From NCBI GenBank assembly GCA_965228855.1, contig CBDDIJ010000002.1, positions 352,001-416,000 of the forward strand: a DNA stretch of 64,000 nucleotides. The letters run 5' to 3'. The notes below the pieces were generated by a model that had not been told where the DNA came from, searched no databases, and saw only the letters and a program-made list of their open reading frames with translations. The translations under genes were made by a program, and so were the position numbers. Below, one piece after another: positions 31,489 to 41,690 of the stretch (the stretch's first letter is position 1; each line of letters opens with the position of its first letter). This stretch comes from Candidatus Obscuribacterales bacterium. Its GTDB lineage: Bacteria; Cyanobacteriota; Vampirovibrionia; Obscuribacterales; Obscuribacteraceae.

Positions 31489-31745
31489 TCGAAGCGGACT
31501 AACACCAAGCTTTCAAAGTCGGGGCAAGCGTTCGCGGTTTTAGCTCCGTGAAAACGTCAACGTCAAACACGCTGGCAATCTTGCGATTTAATCTTGCTGC
31601 TTGGAACGCCCAGCGCCGCTGTTCATCTGCATCTTAGTAGTTTTATACACGATTGTGCTAAATGCTTTTCGCGAATTCCTTTATGCCGACATCGAACCTA
31701 TGATGTAAGCATCCCCGACGAAGCCTTTGCAACGGAGTTTCCGCC

Positions 31746-33341
31746 ATGCAACCCGTAAAAGATACATTTACCAGCCGAGTGATACCACTGAGAGCAAGCC
31801 AGACCGGCATGAAACCTGCCGTTCCAATGGCTCATGCCAAACGCTCGCGACAGCTCCGCATCGGCAGAATACTTTTAGCAGCCGACTTGATTTCGCAAGA
31901 TTGCCTCCAGGAAGCACTTACCATCGCTCAAGAACTTCAACAACCAATCGGCAAAGTACTTACCAGCACGCAACAAGTTTCGCAACTCGACTTGCAATCC
32001 GCACTTCTGGCGCAGTCCATGCTCGCAGAAGGTCTGGTTGAAGAACAAACCGCGCTGGAAACATTGAAGATTGCCAATCGCGAAAGAATGGCTTTTGGTC
32101 AAGCTTTAGAGATGGTAAACAGCGTCAGCTATAAATCACCTGTCGCAGCGGACCTCGAAGAGTTGCTGGTTTCCTCCGGAATGGTTCAACAGCCAGTCGT
32201 CGACGAAGCCAAAAGACAAAGTCTGGAAACCGGTCTCAGCCTTGGAAGCAGCCTGATGGCGACCCGCGCGATCGTCTTCGCACACCTCGACTATGCATTC
32301 GAGTGCATCACGCTCATCGGTCAAGGTCGCATCACCAAACAAATCGCGGTGAGAGCACTTGCCGACGTCAAACGCGAAAATCTCGACCTCGGCCAAGCAC
32401 TCCAGAGACAGCGCGTTTCGCCGAAGAGCACTCTATCGCAGTTGAAACTCGGCGACCTTCTCACCGCCGGTAGTATCATAACCGAAAAAGACAATTTGAA
32501 CGCGATCGAGCAAGCACTGTCTGAAAAGCGCTTGATTGGCGACATTCTCGTAAGATCCGGCTTGGTCTCAAGCGAACATCTACAGAATGCTCTCGACATG
32601 CAAAACCTGGTCCTCAAAGGTGTCGTGTCCAGGGACGAGGCAGCTTTCGTCCTCCGCCAAGTTGTCAGCGAAAACAAAGCTCTCACGAATGTTTTGAGAG
32701 ACCGGAAGTCGCTCCAGGATGATCCGTCAACAGCAGGTTTCGCACTCGATCTTTTGATTCAGGCGAAACTTGTCGAAGTGCAAGCCGTTCCGCAGGCAAT
32801 GGCTGCTCAAGGGCGTTTCGAAATGGATGCGCTTAAAAGTCTGGTCGCGTCAAATCTCGTAGCAGGCAACGTCTGCAGAGCAGCGATTGAGAACGCCAAA
32901 CGCGTCACCATCGGCGAATTGACGCAGCAAGAAGCAGTCGCTGTTTTACATCACTGTGACCGCACCCGCTGCGAAGTCGAGCAAGCGACCAGAGAACTTG
33001 GTCTCAGTGCCGCAGAGAAAGCGAAGAAAGCACAGGAAGCAACCCAAGAATCGCCAATTCAACTTCCATCGTGGAAAAAATCAGCCGAGTGCATCCTGGC
33101 TATCGTAGCCGTTGTAGCCGGAATCGCAGGCGGTGTGGCGACATTCCTTATCCATCCGAGTTCAGTAGCCGGTTATCTTATCTGCGCCGTGGTTCTGGCT
33201 GTAGGAGTCACTTTCCTGGCTCTGGGCAAATTCTGGGAAGGTCGCGTTCAAGAGAAAAAACGCGAAATCAAACGTCAGGAAGAATCAGCCAAACAGCAAG
33301 TCAACAGGCTTGTGAAGATCAGAGCGAAAGAAACTTACTAA
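31746..33341 (+). CDS. MshEN-like repeat protein with C-terminal membrane anchor
   Basis: RIGRILL, PIGKVL, KLGDLLTAG, LIGDILVRSG repeats; two C-terminal TM helices. Confidence 0.75.
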   Translation: MQPVKDTFTSRVIPLRASQTGMKPAVPMAHAKRSRQLRIGRILLAADLISQDCLQEALTIAQELQQPIGKVLTSTQQVSQLDLQSALLAQSMLAEGLVEEQTALETLKIANRERMAFGQALEMVNSVSYKSPVAADLEELLVSSGMVQQPVVDEAKRQSLETGLSLGSSLMATRAIVFAHLDYAFECITLIGQGRITKQIAVRALADVKRENLDLGQALQRQRVSPKSTLSQLKLGDLLTAGSIITEKDNLNAIEQALSEKRLIGDILVRSGLVSSEHLQNALDMQNLVLKGVVSRDEAAFVLRQVVSENKALTNVLRDRKSLQDDPSTAGFALDLLIQAKLVEVQAVPQAMAAQGRFEMDALKSLVASNLVAGNVCRAAIENAKRVTIGELTQQEAVAVLHHCDRTRCEVEQATRELGLSAAEKAKKAQEATQESPIQLPSWKKSAECILAIVAVVAGIAGGVATFLIHPSSVAGYLICAVVLAVGVTFLALGKFWEGRVQEKKREIKRQEESAKQQVNRLVKIRAKETY

Positions 33342-33426
33342 ATTCACTTTTGCAAAAACAGTTTTTCTCCAGGTAAGGGATAAAGCGAGACGGGCGCCGA
33401 CAAGGCGCCTTCTCTCTCCTAATTTC

Positions 33427-33721
33427 CTACTACATCCCGGAGTATCTTGGAATTACTACTATAGTAGACAGTCTAAATTTCCTACCAGAAGAATCCCGAG
33501 ACGCAGCAATAGCAGCCCTTTCAAGATTTAAAACATATCCCACGTCAATTCAAATTCTATTTTGTCGCTGTCAGATAGCCGGATTTTCAGGAAAGCGTCA
33601 TACTGGGATAGACACGGCTCGTCCAGAAAAAGGGAACAGATGTCGAAGATGCGCTGCTGCCCCACCACATCGCAACTTCAGCATTTCGGACTTTTATAGT
33701 AGACACGGTTGCTTATAGTAG
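33427..33721. repeat. Arm-core-arm element, locus 6 (core 33563-33614; multiple arm sites)
   Basis: CTACTACA at 33427; CTACTATAGTAG at 33456-33467; core TGTCGCTG-TCAGA-TAGCCGGA-TTTTCAGGAA-AGCGTCAT-ACTGG-GATAGACA; TATAGTAG at 33695 and 33714. Confidence 0.88.
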
Positions 33722-33817
33722 AGAAAGTTGGGAGACGAGAGCCCCAACTTAATGGGGCTCTCGAAACTCCGCTTCTGATGAACGTTTCCGTTCCGTTCAA
33801 TCAGTCGCGAACTGGGC

Positions 33818-34693
33818 TCACTTCCCCTTGCGCGGGTCGAGATTGATGAACGGGATCTCGCCTTCGCTCATGTACTCGGGGACTTCGCCATCCCACTTCT
33901 CCGCCCGGCGCAGCTCGAGGAGGCCGGCGGCATCCTTGAGCGCCTCGCCCTTCAGCTGGATAGCCGTCGCGCGCGCCTTGGAGAGAAGTTCGGTTTCGTA
34001 CGCGCGGGCATCGGCGATCTTCTTCTTCACGTCACCGGACGCGCGAGCGATCGTAGCCTTCTGGAGAGCTTCGCTCTCGGCCTGCTGCGCACGCTGCTCG
34101 GCCTCGACCTTCGAGTCGATGGAGTCGTTGAACTCCTTCGAGAAATCGAAGTCGGTGATCGCCACCATGTTGATGACGATGGCGCCGGCGAGACCCTTTT
34201 CAGCCAGGGCACCTTCGATCGCCTTGGTGAGCTCCTGAACGACGCGGTCCTTGACCTCGGGTCGCTTCTGGATGAGCTCCTCGGCGAGGTAGCCGCCGGT
34301 GACCTGCTTCAGCGCCTGCTGCACGTTGTTGTCGAAGTACGCGGCATTGATGGCGGCGACACCACCCACGGTGGCATACACGCGCGGCCACATATCGTCC
34401 TTGATCGAGTAGGCGACGGTGATCTCCGTCGGCGCCGACTGACCCTTCACGGTCGCGGCAGCAGCCTTGATGTGGTGGACGAGCTGCGTGGTCGGCAGCT
34501 GCACGACGCTCTTCAGGGGGCTGATGATCATGGGACCATCGCCGCTCTTGACCGGGGTGGGCTCGACCGAGCCGAACTGCGTGACGACGCCGACGTAGCC
34601 CGGGTTGACCCAGGTGACAGTCCGCGCAAGGAAACCGAGGCCGATGACCGCGGCGACGCCCACACCGATGAGGGCAATCTTCTTGGTGTTCAT
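33818..34693 (-). CDS. SPFH/prohibitin-family membrane protein
   Basis: N-terminal TM, VNPGYVGVV..FG, FSKEFNDSIDSKVEAEQ, KWDG. Confidence 0.9.
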   Translation of the reverse strand: MNTKKIALIGVGVAAVIGLGFLARTVTWVNPGYVGVVTQFGSVEPTPVKSGDGPMIISPLKSVVQLPTTQLVHHIKAAAATVKGQSAPTEITVAYSIKDDMWPRVYATVGGVAAINAAYFDNNVQQALKQVTGGYLAEELIQKRPEVKDRVVQELTKAIEGALAEKGLAGAIVINMVAITDFDFSKEFNDSIDSKVEAEQRAQQAESEALQKATIARASGDVKKKIADARAYETELLSKARATAIQLKGEALKDAAGLLELRRAEKWDGEVPEYMSEGEIPFINLDPRKGK

Positions 34694-34716
34694 GTCCGTA
34701 ATTCCTTCTCGCTCGA

Positions 34717-35613
34717 TTACTTCGACGGGGTCAGCATGGGAACAGGCATCGTGCCGGAATACTTCGGCAGCTTGCCCTTCCAGCGGCTGATCGCGGTGAG
34801 TTCGACCAGGTCGGGATTCTCGCGCAGAGCGGCAGCCTCGCGCTTGATGGCGTCGGCTTCCTTCTTGGCCAGCTCGACGGTCGAGTAGGCTTCGGCTTCC
34901 GCGCTGGCGCGAATGCTCTGAGCCTCACCCTCAGCCTCGGCGACCATCTTGGCGCCCTCGTTGCGAGCACGCTCAGCGTCCTGGCCGGCCTTCACCTTCG
35001 CCTCGATGGCAGCGGCGAACTTCGGCGTGAAGTCGAGGTTGTCCAGGGTGGCGCGGCCGATCTGGATCGAGCCCGGAGCGCCCTTGGACGTCATCGAAGC
35101 GGCGACGTGCGCGCGAATTGTGGACTCGATTTCATCGCGAACGGTTTCGCGCCTCTTCACGAGGTCGGTGGCCGAGAAGTTGGCCGTCACAGCCTTGACC
35201 GATTCCTGGATGGCAGGATCGAGAATGGCAGCCTCGAAGTTTTCGATCGTGCCATATTCGCGGTAGAAAACCGGCGCCTGGGTGTCGATCAGGTTGTACG
35301 GGACGGTGACCACGGTCGTGACCTTCTGCAGGTCATGCGAGCCGGAATTGGCGGTCGCCTTCTTGGGATTGACGAACGTCTGCAGCAGGTCGACCCGCGA
35401 GAGCGGATTGACGATGTTGAACCCGGGGGCCAGCGGCTGCGGATTCATCACGCCGAACAGCGACGTCGCACCCACGTAGCCACGCGGCACGATCTGCACC
35501 GAGTTCCAGCCGGCGATCACCAGAGGGATCGCGATGAGCGCGTACTTGATCAGGCTCAGGGGGTTGAACGGAGCGGCTCCATCCGAACGCCCGTTGAGGA
35601 AGGGAATCTTCAT
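34717..35613 (-). CDS. SPFH/prohibitin-family membrane protein (second paralog)
   Basis: IVPRGYVG, SHDLQ, FTPKFAAAIEAKVKA, RWKGKLP; start at ATG 35613. Confidence 0.9.
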   Translation of the reverse strand: MKIPFLNGRSDGAAPFNPLSLIKYALIAIPLVIAGWNSVQIVPRGYVGATSLFGVMNPQPLAPGFNIVNPLSRVDLLQTFVNPKKATANSGSHDLQKVTTVVTVPYNLIDTQAPVFYREYGTIENFEAAILDPAIQESVKAVTANFSATDLVKRRETVRDEIESTIRAHVAASMTSKGAPGSIQIGRATLDNLDFTPKFAAAIEAKVKAGQDAERARNEGAKMVAEAEGEAQSIRASAEAEAYSTVELAKKEADAIKREAAALRENPDLVELTAISRWKGKLPKYSGTMPVPMLTPSK

Positions 35614-35984
35614 CACATCATCCTTGAAGTTGGTTGCGTTGATGCCTGCTCGATTACATTCATTCCAACCCGAAACCGTTCGCGATTCCCTCCACGCAAG
35701 CCGATCTGAGCTCGCGTAAAGGAAATTCGGCTGTCGCAAAGGGGAATTCGGGGTGCGGAAACTTATGCAAATGAGAAACAAGGCATGCCCGTATGTTATG
35801 AAAGTCGCTCTTGGCTAGTTTGCAAAATCGTATTAACTCGGACGGTTTACCCTCCTTTACATCCTTCAAACAGCCCCGCCCCTCGAAACCATTAAGCGAT
35901 TCAAATCCGGCACATGAACCACCTCTCAGCTCGCTAAGCTCACGCAAACAGAGCCTTCCTCCAATATGACTTCTTAGAACCTTT

Positions 35985-36274
35985 CTACTATACATTTTCG
36001 TATCACCAAAATACTGCAAACGACTGCTGCGATGGTCTTTCGAGAATTACGCAGCAAGCAGAACGGGCTTCAAGAACCCGTTTGGCAACGACAGATAGAC
36101 GGAATTTCAAGAAAGCGTCATTCCAGGATAGACAAGAAGCGACTAGACTTGGGTCACATCCCCCGGAAGCTAGACGGGCGCACGAACATGACCCTATCTT
36201 CTATAGTAGCACTTCGGACCATCTACCCCGGAAGCTGGACGGGCGCACGAACATGACCCTATCTTCTATAGTAG
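35985..36274. repeat. Arm-core-arm element, locus 7 (core 36083-36134; right arm duplicated with 65-bp period)
   Basis: CTACTATA at 35985; core TGGCAACG-ACAGA-TAGACGGA-ATTTCAAGAA-AGCGTCAT-TCCAG-GATAGACA; 49-bp repeats 36161-36209 and 36226-36274 both end in TATAGTAG. Confidence 0.9.
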
Positions 36275-36322
36275 TCACTCGTGGGAGACGCGGGGCGGTG
36301 AGGCACCACCCCGCTTTGGAAA

Positions 36323-37348
36323 CTATCGCCTCGATTCGAACTCGCGCTTGTCGTCTTCCGTGAGGAGACGGAACGCGGGATCGCTGAGGAAGCGCACCGG
36401 CATGATCGGGTCGAGTAGACCGGTTCCAAGCCCGAGCAGCCCCGTTCCGTAATCGTTGGTCTTGATGCCGAGCCGATGATAGAACTCGAGACAGACGCCG
36501 ACGCAGGTCCAGTGGTCGGTGTGGCGCTGACCCGCGAAGAGACCGACCCAGTCGTAGCCGGTGACACGGAACTTCGCGCGCAGTTTCTCCTTCCAGGAGG
36601 TCGGCAGCGGCAAGCGGTTGATAAACCGATCACGCCCAGCCTGCGCCTGACAGCGCCAGGCCTCGTTCTGCGCGAGAAGAACCTTGACCAGGTGCGGAAT
36701 CATCGCCTTCTGGTCGTCCGTCAGCGTTGCATTGAGCCGAAGCACAATGTAGTGCCCCTTGCTCGCCAGGCTGCCGGCGACGCGCGACGCTTCCTGCAGC
36801 ACCGTGCCCTTCTCCATGTAAGAGCTGAGCAGGTAAACAGTTCCGTCCGGCATCCTCACCGCCACTTCGCCATGCCCGACAGTCTCGCGCAGGCGATTGG
36901 CCATGTTGCCGGAGGTGAGAATGAGCTCAAGGTTTCCGGTGAGCGCCTCGACGGGCGGGTTGACCCATGCGCCTTTCGGCAACGGACCATGCCCCTGCAC
37001 CCTGTACTTCTGCCGGTTGCGACGGTAGAGAACATAGATGGTGAGCCAGGCCGCGAGTTCCACACCCGCGACGATCTGGAGCTCAAAAACACCCTGCCAG
37101 AGCGCAAGTCCCGACATGACCACGCCGAGCGTGATCGGAATCGTCATTTTTAGACGGGAGAAGACATCGAAATACGTGCGAAACAGATGACCGAGTTCGG
37201 AAGCGGTCAACGCAATCCAGAACGCGCTCACCAGAACACAACTCAGGCTGAAGCCCCAGGAAAGATTGCCGTGGAACCACTCCCAGGTCAGCCAGATCAA
37301 AGCCAGGTACGCGAACGACGTCGCGACCTTTTTGAGCCGATAGAGCAT
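36323..37348 (-). CDS. Membrane protein with C-terminal permuted papain-like (YiiX/YebB-type NlpC/P60) domain
   Basis: Four N-terminal TM segments; His (VGHGEV) precedes GYDW and Cys (WTCVGVC..FY). Confidence 0.65.
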   Translation of the reverse strand: MLYRLKKVATSFAYLALIWLTWEWFHGNLSWGFSLSCVLVSAFWIALTASELGHLFRTYFDVFSRLKMTIPITLGVVMSGLALWQGVFELQIVAGVELAAWLTIYVLYRRNRQKYRVQGHGPLPKGAWVNPPVEALTGNLELILTSGNMANRLRETVGHGEVAVRMPDGTVYLLSSYMEKGTVLQEASRVAGSLASKGHYIVLRLNATLTDDQKAMIPHLVKVLLAQNEAWRCQAQAGRDRFINRLPLPTSWKEKLRAKFRVTGYDWVGLFAGQRHTDHWTCVGVCLEFYHRLGIKTNDYGTGLLGLGTGLLDPIMPVRFLSDPAFRLLTEDDKREFESRR

Positions 37349-37843
37349 ACGATTATCCCTTCAGGTGAGAGATTTGAGCCGTTATGAACGAAACCACAGC
37401 TACTTGCGATTGCGCCCAACGACTGGAGTCAAACTCGACACGAACTTCTCCGCCTGCCTGGAAACAGAATCGAAGCGACGAAGTTAGTGAGGAGGAGTTC
37501 TTTGAAAAGTTCAGGTAACGGTGGCTAAAAGAACAGTGATAACGCACGTTATGAATTCAAGAGACCTAGAGTCAATCGAAACTAGTTTAATTGCTGTCAA
37601 GAGTTCGATCGCGTTGCTCGACCGGCACACAGACTAGTCTCAAGATCAAAACAACAAACCTTCAGACAAAAACCGCAAACGCCCGCCAGCAATGCGTCCT
37701 CGAATCAGCACCCACAATTTCCCGAGATGATAGCTGCGCTAGCGAAAGCCAAACGTTGAACCGATTTAAGCGAAACCGCGCTCTCTTCCTGCCGAGATCG
37801 GGTAAGTTATCCAGAGGAATCCTCGAATGCCGGAGTGGAAAAA

Positions 37844-38494
37844 ATGCGCGCACCATTACTACTTGCCGTCGCAGCAGCGATACTACCCCTGGTATCAGCT
37901 TGCCAGAAGCCGCCAGAGAAAATCGTCGTAAAACTCGAGCCAACGACAAAAGCGGATTACGGCTTTTCAATCGACATGCCCGTCCCATACGTCGAAAGAG
38001 ACATTTCCTGCGGAAAGTGTCTCTACTACAACACACCACTTGGAACGTACAAAGTCGTAGTGAATATGTTCACGATGGCGATGTCCAATTCCTCGACCGC
38101 TCAAGCGCGAATGAATCGAGACCGAATGCAACTTCAGTCTCTTCAAGCACATGCGGGTACTTACGTTGACGCACTAAGTTCGCGTGGTTCCAAGACTATT
38201 TTGTTGAACTACAAACATCAGGGGTTCGAAGACAAAGGCAGCACAAACATCATCCCAAGTCCTGATGGACACCGGCGCTTGCGCACGAAGTGGGCAGACA
38301 ACGAAATTATTCTGAACGACTCGAATCCTGTCGGCGAGTACATAATCCGAGGCTACGTCGGAGAAAACGCCATCTACACAACATCCGTAGAAGGACGACC
38401 GGAATTCGTCAACACGCCGGAAGCCACACAGTTCCTGGATTCCTTCAAGATCGTCGGCTCATCGGCCCTGCCGCCAGGCAAAGCCGCGCCGTAA
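37844..38494 (+). CDS. Hypothetical lipoprotein
   Basis: Lipobox LVSAC; C-terminal FLDSFKI. Confidence 0.7.
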   Translation: MRAPLLLAVAAAILPLVSACQKPPEKIVVKLEPTTKADYGFSIDMPVPYVERDISCGKCLYYNTPLGTYKVVVNMFTMAMSNSSTAQARMNRDRMQLQSLQAHAGTYVDALSSRGSKTILLNYKHQGFEDKGSTNIIPSPDGHRRLRTKWADNEIILNDSNPVGEYIIRGYVGENAIYTTSVEGRPEFVNTPEATQFLDSFKIVGSSALPPGKAAP

Positions 38495-38506
38495 GGCGAC
38501 AAATCC

Positions 38507-38748
38507 TGTCTACTATAAGACAAAGTATCCACAAAGTCCGAAAGGCCTTGTTCTACAATGCTTCCCGCTCTGCGACGTCCAATTACTGCGTCACTTGTCT
38601 ATCTGGCTATGACGGATTTGCCGAAATCCGTCGCTCTCCCGTAGCCAAGCAAGCAGGTTTCGCGCACACTCCGACGACGCACTCGCTGGAAACCCATCTC
38701 TCCCAGACCTTTCGAGGATCGCTATATACCCACTCTTTATAGTAGACA
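38507..38748. repeat. Arm-core-arm element, locus 8 (core 38596-38647)
   Basis: TGTCTACTATAA...TTATAGTAGACA outer inverted repeat; core TGTCTATC-TGGCT-ATGACGGA-TTTGCCGAAA-TCCGTCGC-TCTCC-CGTAGCCA; fills the gap between convergent genes. Confidence 0.92.
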
Positions 38749-38756
38749 ATCCGGAG

Positions 38757-40109
38757 CTAGAAGCGGGTCACTTCGGTGAAATTGAAATCAGCAACTTTCA
38801 TCGCCGGCACCACCTGGGGAACACCCTCTTCACCAGCCGTTCGCCGAGGTTTACCGGATGAAACGATGTTGTTCAGCAATTCGATCAAGCTGACGTTGAA
38901 TCGCAAGTTCTTGATTCCGCGCGTGACTTCGCCGTTCTCCACAAGGAAAGTGCCATCGCGTGTCATACCAGTCACGATTTTGCGCGCCGGATCAACCTGA
39001 CGAACATACCAGACCCGTGTGAGGAGAATGCCTTTCTCAGTGCTTTTTACAAGATCATCGACACTTTTGCCTTCGCCAGCGATCACGAGATTCATAGGAT
39101 TATCGCCGAGCGAATTCGGCTCCGGAAGACCGTGTCCGGTAGGCGCAACACCCATGCGGTTAGCACTTCGGCGACCGTAAACCAGATTTCTCAAGACACC
39201 TTCTTCTACAATTTTGACTTTTTTGCGCGCCAGACCCTCGCCGTCAAACGGGCATCCAGCCTGCTGCGGATGGTAGACGTCATCCTCGATGGTGACATTG
39301 CTGCCGAACACTTTATCGCCCACTCGATCGAGCAAAGAAGAGCGTTTATCAAGATGGCTCGTTCCCGTAAAGTCCCACCAGAGGTACGAAAGCAGGTCGA
39401 GAAACGCGGAATGTTCCAAAATCACAGTGTAGCGCCCGGGCGTTATTCCTTCCGGACTGCTCGACGCCTTCGCCTTAAAAGCAGCTCTGCGAGCCAACTC
39501 CAGCGTATCGACCATCTGAAGGTTCGGACCTTGCGCTTTCGCCCAACCCGTCGAATCTTGCCCGCACATCGTCACAGAGCACTCTACATGCGTCTCACGG
39601 TGATAGCTGAATAAACCCTTTGAATTGCCCAGCGCCTCAAAAGCAGTTCCACTGGCATAAACACCTGCAGCTGACAGCTGACTCTCGCTGGCAACCGCAA
39701 TCATGCGCGAAATCGCAGCGGCTCGATCGGCGGCGGTGACGCTCAACACATTCGCCTCATACCGGTCCGGGTAAGAATGCCACTCTCCATCGTTGTCGGA
39801 AACAGTCAACGGAAGCAGACACTGATCCTTTTCCATCAGCTTTACAGCGCTAATAGCACCATCCACAACAGCGCATACGCCGGTCGTCGACAAATCATCT
39901 GTTTCCAATCGAATCTGGCGACCGTTGGACAGCACTCGCACAGCCAGCTTATCAATGGTATTCGCTTGATGCTGCGTCATCTCATTGTTAGCGAAGCGGG
40001 ACGTTTCGACGTCGGTGCCCAGCAAATGTACTTCGATTCCCTCGACGCTCTTACCAGCGTGGTGAATCGCAAGGTCGACAATCTTACGGGCTGATTGCTC
40101 AGTTAACAT
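38757..40109 (-). CDS. pmbA: TldE/PmbA-family protein
   Basis: PFDGEG, TGHG, TGMTRDGTFLVENG; lacks HExxH; downstream of tldD. Confidence 0.85.
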   Translation of the reverse strand: MLTEQSARKIVDLAIHHAGKSVEGIEVHLLGTDVETSRFANNEMTQHQANTIDKLAVRVLSNGRQIRLETDDLSTTGVCAVVDGAISAVKLMEKDQCLLPLTVSDNDGEWHSYPDRYEANVLSVTAADRAAAISRMIAVASESQLSAAGVYASGTAFEALGNSKGLFSYHRETHVECSVTMCGQDSTGWAKAQGPNLQMVDTLELARRAAFKAKASSSPEGITPGRYTVILEHSAFLDLLSYLWWDFTGTSHLDKRSSLLDRVGDKVFGSNVTIEDDVYHPQQAGCPFDGEGLARKKVKIVEEGVLRNLVYGRRSANRMGVAPTGHGLPEPNSLGDNPMNLVIAGEGKSVDDLVKSTEKGILLTRVWYVRQVDPARKIVTGMTRDGTFLVENGEVTRGIKNLRFNVSLIELLNNIVSSGKPRRTAGEEGVPQVVPAMKVADFNFTEVTRF

Positions 40110-40118
40110 TCCCTTCTC

Positions 40119-41567
40119 CTAAGTCAAATTTGCGATGCCGACCTGAACATTACGGAAGCGAGCCGGGCTCGCACCATGTCCGGTCCACATCGTCTGACAG
40201 GGCTGCCCTTTTCCACAATTAGGCTCACCCCACTCCACATACTCATCGGCACCACATATAGCATCACATAAATTCCAGAACTCAGGCGTAATGCCGCTGT
40301 AGCTCGGGTTCTTAAACATCCGACCGCGCTTGCCGTTTTTAATCTCCCAGGCAATTTCAGTAGAGAATTGGAAGTTGTAACGCATTTGATCGATTGACCA
40401 GGACTGGTTCGTCTCCATCAAAATGCCATCTTCCGTGTCTGAAATCAGATCTTCCAGTGAGCCGGCATTGCCTGGAACAATCGAAATATTCGTCATCCGA
40501 ATAATCGGAGCGTGGCTCCAGGACTGCGCCCTCATGGCACCGCCCGATCGCTCCAGCCCCACCATATGCGCTGTATCACGCGAACTCAGATAGCCCTGAA
40601 ACATACCATCCTTGACGAGAAAAACCTTTTGCGCCGCCACACCCTCATCGTCGAAACCAAAGGAGCCAAGCGCTCCTTGAGCGGTCGCGTCCGCAACCAG
40701 GTTTACTATTGGAGAACCATATTTCAGCTCATTCAGTTTCTCAGGCGTGAGAAAAGATGCACCGGCGAAATTGATTTCCTGACCTAGCGCGCGGTCGAGT
40801 TCGCTCGGATGCCCGCATGACTCGTGGATTTGCAAGCCGAGCTGCGACGCACCGAGTATCAAGTCCTTCTTGCCGGACGGACATTGTGGTGAGGAAAGAA
40901 GCGCCACCGCTTCTTCTGCGACGCGCTGCGCGTTTCCGGGCAGATCCCAATCCAGCACCATCTCCCAACCGGACAACTCGAATTGCCCGACATGCTTGGG
41001 ATAGCTGCGACGCTGCCGCTCATCGGCACTGGTGGCAAACGCTTCGATGCAGCAACCGGAACGCACAAATGTTTGTTCCAGGCGGGTTCCCAGCGTACTG
41101 CCGAATCTCTTTCTCTCACGCACAAAGGACAACCGTCCCTGCGCAAGTGCTACACCCTTGACGGCAAGCATGGTTTTCGCTGATGAAAACAGGACCTCGA
41201 GCTTATCCTCAGTGCTCACCGAAAACGGATCGATAAGGTGAGGCGAGGCCCAAACTGCGTTATACACCGGTTCATCCGCCATCGTCACCGGCTTCTTCAT
41301 GCACGACGAGCTGGCGGCGGCAATATCCACTGCGCGTTTTGCCGCTTTATCGATCTCCGTTTTGGTAATTTTCTGCGTAGCCGCAAAGCCCCAGCCGCCG
41401 TCCTTCAACACCCGGATGCCCATTCCGCGACTGACACCTTTGTTGAAACCGGAAACGAGAAGGTCCTTGGTTTGAATGTACTCGTACTGCTCTTCGATCA
41501 GCCTGACGTCTGCATAGTCTGCGCCTGCCTTCTGTGCCGAGTCGAGGGCGTATTGAACTAATGGCAT
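40119..41567 (-). CDS. tldD: TldD-family metalloprotease
   Basis: HESCGH, FDDEG, IRMTN, CGKGQP. Confidence 0.92.
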   Translation of the reverse strand: MPLVQYALDSAQKAGADYADVRLIEEQYEYIQTKDLLVSGFNKGVSRGMGIRVLKDGGWGFAATQKITKTEIDKAAKRAVDIAAASSSCMKKPVTMADEPVYNAVWASPHLIDPFSVSTEDKLEVLFSSAKTMLAVKGVALAQGRLSFVRERKRFGSTLGTRLEQTFVRSGCCIEAFATSADERQRRSYPKHVGQFELSGWEMVLDWDLPGNAQRVAEEAVALLSSPQCPSGKKDLILGASQLGLQIHESCGHPSELDRALGQEINFAGASFLTPEKLNELKYGSPIVNLVADATAQGALGSFGFDDEGVAAQKVFLVKDGMFQGYLSSRDTAHMVGLERSGGAMRAQSWSHAPIIRMTNISIVPGNAGSLEDLISDTEDGILMETNQSWSIDQMRYNFQFSTEIAWEIKNGKRGRMFKNPSYSGITPEFWNLCDAICGADEYVEWGEPNCGKGQPCQTMWTGHGASPARFRNVQVGIANLT

Positions 41568-41690
41568 ATCTCTCACTTGAATTGGGCTGTGCCGCGCGCA
41601 ACTTCGTGCTCGAAGCCAAGACCATCCAACAGGACGGCGCACGCGACCCTATTAGACCACGCCAAAAAAACAGGCCCATCTGCCACAAGG

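Noticed and set aside
38507..38748. Classical MITE or IS remnant
   Set aside because: Terminal inverted repeats are present, but the interiors differ between copies and I see no consistent target-site duplication or transposase.
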